Assembly (NCBI GenBank): GCA_041651235.1
Contig: JBAZJQ010000001.1
Span: 558,449 to 622,448 of the forward strand
Direction: 5' to 3'
DNA: 64,000 nucleotides
From: Candidatus Pacearchaeota archaeon
GTDB lineage: Archaea; Nanobdellota; Nanobdellia; Pacearchaeales; GW2011-AR1
Part shown: in pieces, positions 1 to 7,465 of the stretch
Position numbering within the stretch: the first letter of the stretch is position 1
Layout of the letters: the number at the start of each line of letters is the position of its first letter
The notes under the pieces: model-generated
What the model was told of the DNA's origin: nothing
The model's input: the letters and a program-made list of their open reading frames with translations, nothing else
Database searches by the model: none
Made by a program: the position numbers and the translations under genes

Positions 1-68
1 AAAAATAGATTTTTTATGTAATTCTATTATATTCTCAATATTTTTATTATCTAATTTTAATTGCTGTA

Positions 69-1022
69 TCATTTTTTCCTCATCTTGCAAACAAAAAAAC
101 CTTCCATGTTGTTATCATGGTGATAAATTCTTTTGGCTTTTGCAATATTTTTATTTAATTCTTGATTTTTCCAACTCGTTATTCCATTTCTTGTTTTTAT
201 TGGCAAATTGAAATCTAGGATTTCAATTTCATCTTGAAATTTGTCTAATAAATGCTGAATAACTAGTTCGTTTTCTTCTGGAGAATGAGTACAAGTTGAG
301 TAAACCATTATTCCATTGGGTTTTAGTAATTCAAATGCTGATTCTGCTAATTTTTTTTGTTTTGAGCTTAGACTTTTTAGTAATCCTTCTGACCATTCTA
401 AAAAAGTTCTAGGAGATAGTCTTATGTTTCCTTCACCTGAACAAGGAACATCTGCAAGTATTTTATCAAATTGAAAATTAAGTTTTTTTAGTTTCTCGCA
501 TAATTCAACTCCATTATGTCTTGTTACAATTGTATTTGTTATTCCCATTCTTTCTAAATTTGCAGATAAAATAGATATTCTTGACATTGATAAGTCATTT
601 GCAATTATTGTTCCTTGATTATTCATTTTAGCTGCTAGCTGAGTTGTTTTGCTTCCAGGAGAGGCGCATAAATCTAGGATAGTATCATCAATCTGCGGTT
701 GAAGGGCGATTATTGGCATCATTGATGTAATTTCTTGAGAATAATAATATCCTAAAATATGCTCTTTTGTTTTTCCTAATTCTCCTGGCTGTAATTCTGA
801 TATTATTTGAATTATTTCGGGATGATTTTCTATTTGCTTGATTTTCCAGCCCTTTTCTATTAATCTTGATTTTAATTCTTCTGGAGAGATTTTTAGAGTA
901 TTAACTCTAATTGATTTTGAGGGTTTTGTTTTGCAGCATTCAAAGAATTCATTTACATCTTCTTCATTTTCAAGAAGAGCTTTTATTCTTTCAATAAATT
1001 TGGGTTTTGGTTCGTAATTCAT
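69..1022 (-). CDS. NOL1/NOP2/Sun-family RNA (cytosine-C5)-methyltransferase
   Basis: 317-aa ORF; SAM-binding DLCASPGSKTTQLA, catalytic DVPCSGEG (motif IV) and YSTCT (motif VI). Confidence 0.85.
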   Translation of the reverse strand: MNYEPKPKFIERIKALLENEEDVNEFFECCKTKPSKSIRVNTLKISPEELKSRLIEKGWKIKQIENHPEIIQIISELQPGELGKTKEHILGYYYSQEITSMMPIIALQPQIDDTILDLCASPGSKTTQLAAKMNNQGTIIANDLSMSRISILSANLERMGITNTIVTRHNGVELCEKLKKLNFQFDKILADVPCSGEGNIRLSPRTFLEWSEGLLKSLSSKQKKLAESAFELLKPNGIMVYSTCTHSPEENELVIQHLLDKFQDEIEILDFNLPIKTRNGITSWKNQELNKNIAKAKRIYHHDNNMEGFFVCKMRKK

Positions 1023-1141
1023 ATTTTTAGTTGTTTAAGATAATTATTAAAGTTAATGAATTTGAATCTCTCACAATCTTTATAAACTCATTTTATCTAA
1101 AAATATTTCTCCAAAATTTAAATTTTAACTTAAATATAAAA

Positions 1142-1438
1142 ATGGTAAAAAAATATATTAGAAATGATGAAAAATATCCTCTTTTTAGGCTTGTAAAGAA
1201 TGATTTATATCAGGTAATTGAAGGAGATGGGAGATTTAGTGGTTTGATAGATAAAATACAAAAAGAAGCTAGTGCAGACAAGTTGAAAATTAAAGAAAAA
1301 GATATTAAGAGATATATTGCCTGGATAATGTTTCATGATTATAAGATGAATAGAGAGTTATTTTTTAAATCAGTTGGAAGTCATACTTATGCTCCTAAAG
1401 TTATTTATGGAGATTTAAAGATTTTTTCTGATAATTAA
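1142..1438 (+). CDS. hypothetical protein (orphan)
   Basis: ORF 1031..1438 trimmed to first ATG (MVKKYIRN...); no motif recognised. Confidence 0.35.
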   Translation: MVKKYIRNDEKYPLFRLVKNDLYQVIEGDGRFSGLIDKIQKEASADKLKIKEKDIKRYIAWIMFHDYKMNRELFFKSVGSHTYAPKVIYGDLKIFSDN

Positions 1439-1493
1439 AATATATTTTGATTTGAACAAATGTTTTTAAGGTTAATTTTTATTTTTTATTATA

Positions 1494-1916
1494 ATGAAAA
1501 GACCTGAAATTGGAGTATCAATAATTTTAATGAAAGAAAATAAAGTATTGATGGGCAAAAGAAAAAATTCTCATGGAAATGGAACCTGGAGTTTTCCTGG
1601 TGGACATTTAAAGATGTTTGAGAATTTAAGATATTGTGCTTTAAGAGAGCTTGAAGAAGAAACGGGATTTAGACAAAATAGACATCATTACTTAATGGAT
1701 TTTTCTCCGTGTGTTTTAACAGAGGATTTTTTTGAAGAAGAAAAAAAGCATTATCTTACTCACTATTTTAGAGCTAAACATATTAATGGAGCTCCTAGAG
1801 TTATGGAACCAAACAAATGCGATCAGTGGAAATGGTATGAATGGAATAAAATGCCTAGTAATTTATTTCTTCCTATTAAAAACTTAAAAAGTAAAGGATA
1901 TGATCCTTTTAGGTAG
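1494..1916 (+). CDS. NUDIX hydrolase
   Basis: Nudix box GGHLKMFENLRYCALRELEEETG (GX5EX7REUXEEXGU). Confidence 0.8.
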   Translation: MKRPEIGVSIILMKENKVLMGKRKNSHGNGTWSFPGGHLKMFENLRYCALRELEEETGFRQNRHHYLMDFSPCVLTEDFFEEEKKHYLTHYFRAKHINGAPRVMEPNKCDQWKWYEWNKMPSNLFLPIKNLKSKGYDPFR

Positions 1917-1923
1917 TTATAAA

Positions 1924-3195
1924 ATGAAAATAGGCATAATTGGTGGAAGCGGATTAGATGATCCAAAACTTTTAACTGATTATCAGGAGAAATATACAGA
2001 TACTCCTTTTGGAAAACCTAGTTGCGCTTTGGTTTGTGGGAAATTAAATGGAGTTGAAGTTGTTATTTTAGCTAGACATGGAAAAGAACATACGATTTCT
2101 CCTGGAAATATAAATTACAGAGCAAATATTTATGCTTTAAAGCAAGAAGGCTGTGATTATATTCTTGCTACTTCTGCTGTTGGGAGTTTGAAAGAAGAAA
2201 TTGAACCTGGGAATCTTGTTTTTCCTAATCAGTTTTTGGATTTTACAAAAAACAGAAAAAATACTTTTTTTGAAGATGAAGTTAAGCATACTCCCATGGC
2301 AGAACCTTATAATAATAAGTTAAGAAGTTTATTGTGCGATTGTTGTAATAAACTTGGTTTGGAATATCATAATGAAGTTACAATGGTTGTTATTGAAGGC
2401 CCTAGATTTTCTACAAAAGCAGAAAGTTTTATGTTTAGACATTTAGGAGCAGATATTATTGGAATGACAGGATGTCCTGAATGCAGTTTAGCTAATGAAC
2501 TTGGTGTTCCTTATCAGACAATTGCAATGTCAACTGATTATGACTGCTGGAAAGAAGATGAAGAACCAGTTAGTTTTGAGATTGTTTTAAAGAGAATGAA
2601 AGAAAATGCAGATAAAGTTAAACAATTATTAATTGATGTTGTTCCTAAAATTGCTAGTGTAGATAGTGATTTTATTAAAAGTAAAATAAGAACAATTCCT
2701 GATTTTCCAAAACCAGGAATTATGTTTAGAGACATTACTACTTTAATAAAAGATAGTGAAGGAATGAATAGAGTTATTGAAATGTTTTATAATAAATATA
2801 AAGATAAAGAAATTGATGTTGTTGCTGGAATTGAATCAAGAGGATTTATTTTTGGAAGTATCTTAGCTAATAAGCTTGGAGTTGGTTTTGTTCCTATAAG
2901 AAAACCTGGAAAACTTCCAGGGGAAACTATTAAACAAGAATATTCTTTAGAATATGGAAAAGATGCAGTTGAAATTCATAAAGATGCAATTGAATCTGGA
3001 AAAAGAGTTTTGCTAATTGATGATTTGCTAGCTACTTCGGGCACCATGGGAGCAACTTGCAGTCTTATTGAACGAATAGGGGGAGAGATTATCGAATGTG
3101 CTTTTGTAATAGAATTAGAAGATTTAGGTGGAAGAAAAAAGCTTGAAGATAAAGGATATAGTGTGTTTAGTATTGTTAAGTTTGAAGGAGAATAA
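1924..3195 (+). CDS. fusion protein: 5'-methylthioadenosine/purine nucleoside phosphorylase (N-terminal) + adenine phosphoribosyltransferase (C-terminal)
   Basis: N-terminal MKIGIIGGSGL...ARHGKEHTISPGNINYRANIYALK...ATSAVGSL is MTAP/PNP-like. C-terminal IRTIPDFPKPGIMFRDITTL...GIESRGFIFG...VLLIDDLLATSGTMGA is the APRT PRPP-binding signature. Start trimmed to ATG 1924. Confidence 0.85.
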   Translation: MKIGIIGGSGLDDPKLLTDYQEKYTDTPFGKPSCALVCGKLNGVEVVILARHGKEHTISPGNINYRANIYALKQEGCDYILATSAVGSLKEEIEPGNLVFPNQFLDFTKNRKNTFFEDEVKHTPMAEPYNNKLRSLLCDCCNKLGLEYHNEVTMVVIEGPRFSTKAESFMFRHLGADIIGMTGCPECSLANELGVPYQTIAMSTDYDCWKEDEEPVSFEIVLKRMKENADKVKQLLIDVVPKIASVDSDFIKSKIRTIPDFPKPGIMFRDITTLIKDSEGMNRVIEMFYNKYKDKEIDVVAGIESRGFIFGSILANKLGVGFVPIRKPGKLPGETIKQEYSLEYGKDAVEIHKDAIESGKRVLLIDDLLATSGTMGATCSLIERIGGEIIECAFVIELEDLGGRKKLEDKGYSVFSIVKFEGE

Positions 3196-3366
3196 ATTTT
3201 TTTGTTGTTTTACTATTTTATTTATAATATACTAAACTGATGATATGTTTTATTGTGATTGTGCAGCTTCTTATAATTATAGTTTTTTATTTATATTTAG
3301 GAGTTTATTTATTTGCTTAAATGTTTTTCCAAAAACATTTAAAAACCATGTTTTCTTTTATATGAT

Positions 3367-4143
3367 ATGGGATTTGGTGATATCTTTTCAAAATCATGGG
3401 GTGAATATAAAAATAAATTTTGGGTTTTTACTCAGATATTCTTGTTATTTGGATTTCTTCCATCAATAATTTTATTTTTAGCTAATAAATCTTATTTAGA
3501 AAATTTTAATAATTTAATTGTTTCTGCAATCCAAAATAATTCTGGAGTGTTTAATAGCATAATCTCTTATATTTTTGTTGATAATCTAAGTTATACTTTG
3601 TTCCTGGCATTTTTAGGAATTTTAGTTTTTGCATTAGGAATATTAATGGGAGCTAGTTTTATTGTTAATGCTTTTTCAGGAAAAAAACTTGGATTTAAAG
3701 AATCTCTTAAAGGAGGAAAAAAATATTTTTGGAAATATTTTTGGTTTTCAGTTGTTTATAGTATATTTATTATATTATTATTTTTGTTATTAGTTGTTCC
3801 GGGTATAATTTTCATGATTTACTGGATTTTTGGAGCTTATATCTTAATTAATGAAAATAAAGGAATTTTAGCTTCATTAAAAGAAAGTAGAAAATTAATA
3901 AAAGGAAAATGGTGGAAGACATTTGGTTATTTTATCTTATTTAGTTTAATAATAATTGTTATTTCATGGATAGCTTCTCTTATTGGTTTTGGTTTAGAAA
4001 AAACTTTTTTATGGATATTGGGAAAACCTTTATGTTTTGAAGGATTTACTAATAGTATTTTTGTACAGCTAGCAAGTGTTGTAATTGCTCCTTTAAGTGT
4101 ATTATTTTTTAAGAATTTTTATTTAAGTATGAAAAAGAGATAA
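3367..4143 (+). CDS. polytopic membrane protein, unknown function
   Basis: 258 aa with about six hydrophobic helices. Confidence 0.55.
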   Translation: MGFGDIFSKSWGEYKNKFWVFTQIFLLFGFLPSIILFLANKSYLENFNNLIVSAIQNNSGVFNSIISYIFVDNLSYTLFLAFLGILVFALGILMGASFIVNAFSGKKLGFKESLKGGKKYFWKYFWFSVVYSIFIILLFLLLVVPGIIFMIYWIFGAYILINENKGILASLKESRKLIKGKWWKTFGYFILFSLIIIVISWIASLIGFGLEKTFLWILGKPLCFEGFTNSIFVQLASVVIAPLSVLFFKNFYLSMKKR

Positions 4144-4155
4144 TTCTGAAGAAAA

Positions 4156-4512
4156 TTATCCTGTGGGTTTTTCTCTTGATTTTATAAGATGTGTAAAAAA
4201 CAAATTTAAGGAGTTATTATCATCACTTTTCCTTTTTAGATGATATTTGCATCCACCATAATCAAATGAAACATCTCCTTCTTTATTACTTTTAATATTA
4301 TTTGAACTATTGGGTAATTTGAATTCATTTTGATATTCCCTTTCATTTATTTCTAAATAAAGAGGATTTAAGCAAAATTCATCTTTATCATTTCCAGGAC
4401 GTATACTAAAACAAATATTTCCATAAGGATTTTCTGGTAGTTGTTCAACTGCCCCTACTATTTCTTCTAAATAGATTCCAGGGCAGTTAAAAATAACTTT
4501 ATTTTTATCCAT
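4156..4512 (-). CDS. hypothetical protein (orphan), third gene of an SD-led minus-strand cluster
   Basis: 118-aa ORF; GGGAGG 13 nt upstream of the ATG, inside the end of the upstream gene. Confidence 0.45.
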   Translation of the reverse strand: MDKNKVIFNCPGIYLEEIVGAVEQLPENPYGNICFSIRPGNDKDEFCLNPLYLEINEREYQNEFKLPNSSNNIKSNKEGDVSFDYGGCKYHLKRKSDDNNSLNLFFTHLIKSREKPTG

Positions 4513-4520
4513 TTTGTTTC

Positions 4521-5084
4521 TTATTGCAAACCTCCCGCTTTATACATTCTTTTCATAGCTTTTTTCCAAAATTCATTTGTTTCATTACATTGTCTATTAA
4601 AGATATTAGCTGTCCAATTTTCTCCATCATCAATTAATTCCTTTGCTCTTCCATAAAGAAGTTTAGCATCCTCGTAATCATGATTAAGTTCAGCTAATTT
4701 TCCCCCATATAAGCAGGCATCGATGTAATTAAGAATAAAGTCATAATTTCCTGTCCAATTTTCTCCATAACCTTCATGGCATTTAAAGTTACAATCATTA
4801 AAATGAGTTACTTGCTTTGTTAATTTTTTAATTTCTCTAATTGCTTTTCGAGACTTTCCAGATGCAGCAAGTCTGCATAATCTTGCAAGACCGCCTTCTA
4901 ACCCATAAATAACTGAATTTTCTAATTGCTCTTTAATCGTTTTTTCAAAACCCAATATTGCTTTTTCTCCTTTACCATAACTAGGGTTATTCAAATCAGT
5001 TTTTAATCCGATTATATCTCTATAATCTATTCTCTTGCTTTTCTTAAATATCGATAGTATATTGTATTTCATTTTATTCATCAC
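4521..5084 (-). CDS. hypothetical protein (orphan) with conserved leader
   Basis: 187-aa ORF preceded by GAAAGGAGGTGATGAATAAAATG. True start is probably ATG 5081 or 5072, not GTG 5084. Confidence 0.5.
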   Translation of the reverse strand: MMNKMKYNILSIFKKSKRIDYRDIIGLKTDLNNPSYGKGEKAILGFEKTIKEQLENSVIYGLEGGLARLCRLAASGKSRKAIREIKKLTKQVTHFNDCNFKCHEGYGENWTGNYDFILNYIDACLYGGKLAELNHDYEDAKLLYGRAKELIDDGENWTANIFNRQCNETNEFWKKAMKRMYKAGGLQ

Positions 5085-5149
5085 CTCCTTTCAGAGGTTT
5101 TGTTTCAATTTTGTTTTTTGTTTGTGTTTTCATTTTGTTTGTTTTTATG
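5085..5149 (-). promoter_or_regulatory. conserved A/C-rich leader + strong SD, copy 1
   Basis: Minus-strand reading: AAACAAACAAAATGAAAACACAAACAAAAAACAAAATTGAAAC...GAAAGGAGGTG. Core shared with copies at 5714..5820 and 25960..26085. Confidence 0.55.
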
Positions 5150-5200
5150 ATGTATATTTATCTTCATATAATTAAAAAATTTAAAATAAAATTTGTATTA

Positions 5201-5713
5201 TTATCTCTGGACAGTATATTTTATCTTAGATATATGGTACCAATCCCCATAGCCTTCAAGCTTGCCATCTCTTTCTTCCGCATCCTGTATACCCAGAGTA
5301 ATATAATGTTTTTCTTGCTTGGTTCTAGCGTTTACAACTACCTTTTCATGTGCCACAAAAGCTGAATCCTTCCTCTTAAATTCATCGCATTTCCATACAG
5401 GATATTCATGATTCACAAACTGGGAAGCCTTAAATAAATCCCCTTTGCAGTAATAATCAGTAAGAGCTTCCTTGTTACAATAAAGTTTATCAAAATGTCC
5501 CCGAATAGTAACAGGAATTTCTTCCGGATCCCCCCAGGGCACACGATAAAACTTACCCAAATACTTAACAATAGATTTCTTATTATCTTTTTCATTAGAA
5601 GCTTGCCAGTAAGCATAAAGATTATCTGCTAAGTTCTCCGCGTTAATTGGTTCATCAAGAACAACACGCTTTCCAGTTAGTCTTTCTTTTAATGTCGCCA
5701 CCATTTTATTCAT
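5201..5713 (-). CDS. hypothetical protein (orphan) with conserved leader
   Basis: 170-aa ORF preceded by TTGAAAGGAGGTAATGAATAAAATG; visibly higher G+C than its neighbours. Confidence 0.5.
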   Translation of the reverse strand: MNKMVATLKERLTGKRVVLDEPINAENLADNLYAYWQASNEKDNKKSIVKYLGKFYRVPWGDPEEIPVTIRGHFDKLYCNKEALTDYYCKGDLFKASQFVNHEYPVWKCDEFKRKDSAFVAHEKVVVNARTKQEKHYITLGIQDAEERDGKLEGYGDWYHISKIKYTVQR

Positions 5714-5820
5714 TACCTCCTTTCAACTCTTTATTAAATTGAGTCTCAACTAAGCTTATTTTATTCTCATTTTTTTGTGTTATTTTATTTGTCATTTTGT
5801 TTTTTATTTGTATTTTATTA
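5714..5820 (-). promoter_or_regulatory. conserved A/C-rich leader + strong SD, copy 2
   Basis: Minus-strand reading: AAAAAACAAAATGACAAATAAAATAACACAAAAAAATG...TTTAATAAAGAGTTGAAAGGAGGTAATG. Confidence 0.5.
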
Positions 5821-5920
5821 TTTATTGTTATTATATAATGGTAACACTACTATATCAATGTTATTAGCTTAAAATTGTTCAAAACGCAAGATTTAAATAT
5901 ATTATTGCTTTTTAATTAAA

Positions 5921-6880
5921 ATGATTAGTTTAGATTTAAAAGATAGGAAGATATTATATGAATTAGATAAAGACTGCAGGCAGAGTTCTTCTGAGATAGG
6001 TAAAAAAATTAGATTAAATAAGAATACGATTAATTACAAAATTAAAAGAATGGAAGCTGAAGGGATAATCCAAGGATATTATGCGATAATTGATAGTTCA
6101 AAATTAGGATATTTTAGTTTTAGAGTTTATTTGAAATTTTTTAATACAACTAAAGAAAAAGAACAGGAAATAATAAAATGGTTAAAAGAAAATAAAAAAG
6201 TAGGTGTTGTTTCTAAATTTGATAGTATTTATGATTTGGGTTTTTTTGTATGGGTTAAAACTATTTATGAATTTGATGATTTTTGGGTAGAATTCAAGAA
6301 AAATTTCAGGGAATTTTTTTGGAATGAAAAAGTGCATGTTTTTTCAAAAGTCTATCATTTTAAAAGAAGATATTTATTAGAAGAAAAAAGACAATTAAGT
6401 GAAAAGTATGAAATAATTGGAAGTAATAAGATAGAAGATTATGATAATTTAGATCTAAAAATCCTGATGTTATTAGCTAAAAATTCTAAAATTCCATTAA
6501 TAGATTTAGCTAGTAAGCTTAAATCTCCTCCTAGAACTATTGCGTTTAGGATAAAAAGACTTGAGAAAAAAGAGATTATACAGGGGTATAGAGTAATTAT
6601 TAATATGGAGAAAATTGGCTATGAATATTATAAAATTGATTTTATATTAAATGAAATGCATGATTTTGAGAAATTAATTAATTATGCAAAAAATAATCCT
6701 AATATAATTTATATTGATAGGACTTTAGCTGAACTTGATTTTGAAATCGATGTTGAAGTTAAGAACAGACAAGAGCTGCAAAAATTAATAGAAAATATAA
6801 AAGTTAATTTTAGTATTCGCGATACAGAAGTATTTATTGTAAAAGAATATTATAAGCTTGAGACTTTGCCTCAGGTTTAA
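5921..6880 (+). CDS. tandem (double) Lrp/AsnC-family transcriptional regulator
   Basis: Two HTH_AsnC-like modules: LDLKDRKILYELDKDCRQSSSEIGKKIRLNKNTINYKIKRMEAEGIIQGY and LDLKILMLLAKNSKIPLIDLASKLKSPPRTIAFRIKRLEKKEIIQGY. Confidence 0.8.
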   Translation: MISLDLKDRKILYELDKDCRQSSSEIGKKIRLNKNTINYKIKRMEAEGIIQGYYAIIDSSKLGYFSFRVYLKFFNTTKEKEQEIIKWLKENKKVGVVSKFDSIYDLGFFVWVKTIYEFDDFWVEFKKNFREFFWNEKVHVFSKVYHFKRRYLLEEKRQLSEKYEIIGSNKIEDYDNLDLKILMLLAKNSKIPLIDLASKLKSPPRTIAFRIKRLEKKEIIQGYRVIINMEKIGYEYYKIDFILNEMHDFEKLINYAKNNPNIIYIDRTLAELDFEIDVEVKNRQELQKLIENIKVNFSIRDTEVFIVKEYYKLETLPQV

Positions 6881-6923
6881 AAAAGATAATTCTATATATT
6901 TGACTGCTTATTTATATGTATAT

Positions 6924-7016
6924 TGATAATGTATAAACTCATATCTTATGCAGATGAGATGATTAAAATTTCGATAAACAGATTACTTATTGTTTGTCTT
7001 AAGAAGATAAGATATT
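6924..7016 (+). repeat. intergenic modular repeat, locus 1 (degenerate A + B + C)
   Basis: TGATAATGTATAAACTCAT ... TGCAGATGAGATGATTAAAATTTCGAT ... ACAGATTACTTATTGTTTGTCTTAAGAAGATAAGATAT. Confidence 0.7.
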
Positions 7017-7037
7017 ATGAATTAAATAGCCTTAAAA

Positions 7038-7145
7038 ATGAACAAACAAAAATTAATTGAAAGCTTGAAAGAAAAAGGATTTAATGAGAAAATTATAACT
7101 GCATTTTTAGTGTTAAAAGAGAGGATTTTGTTTTTGTTCATTTAG
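7038..7145 (+). pseudogene. possible remnant of a protein-L-isoaspartate O-methyltransferase N-terminus
   Basis: 35-codon ORF MNKQKLIESLKEKGFNEKIITAFLVLKERILFLFI resembles Pcm N-termini (..L.E.L...G.I....V..AF..VPRE.F) but stops before the methyltransferase fold. Confidence 0.3.
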
Positions 7146-7206
7146 TAGAATAGGAGGTTTGAAGCTATAATTAGATTTATAAGTCGAATGTTTTTATATA
7201 TTTTCT

Positions 7207-7455
7207 ATGAAAACTAATTACCATCCACCTAGTGCAGAAAGTTTAGGATTAACTAGGGAACAATACAGACTTATGAGTCTAAAAGACTTAGTTAGGTACA
7301 GATCAACTAGAAAAATACCTCAAAAAACAGCAAATGATGAAGAAAGAGGCTCTTCTCAAACACCTCACCAGACTCGCTGTCTTTTTTATCATGGATTATT
7401 TCCTGAATTAGATCCTAATGGAGATTTTGACAGCTGGGCTTCTATCTTAGCTTAG
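7207..7455 (+). CDS. hypothetical protein (orphan)
   Basis: 82-aa ORF, no motif. Confidence 0.3.
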   Translation: MKTNYHPPSAESLGLTREQYRLMSLKDLVRYRSTRKIPQKTANDEERGSSQTPHQTRCLFYHGLFPELDPNGDFDSWASILA

Positions 7456-7465
7456 ACAATAATAT

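Noticed and set aside
2538-2735. Short ORFs antisense to or nested in long conserved genes. This one, plus 5413..5616, 12684..12869, 13186..13464, 13604..13893, 14009..14341, 18411..18701, 19995..20180, 21821..22036, 22445..23074, 30079..30264, 30837..31079, 34313..34519, 36220..36483, 37743..38009, 40014..40211, 41322..41504, 42093..42384, 48266..48487, 49763..50439, 51446..51733, 53202..53525, 57344..57562, 58037..58276, 59270..59479, 63001..63195
   Set aside because: They lie entirely within better-supported genes on the other strand or frame and have low-complexity AT-codon composition. They are typical shadow ORFs.
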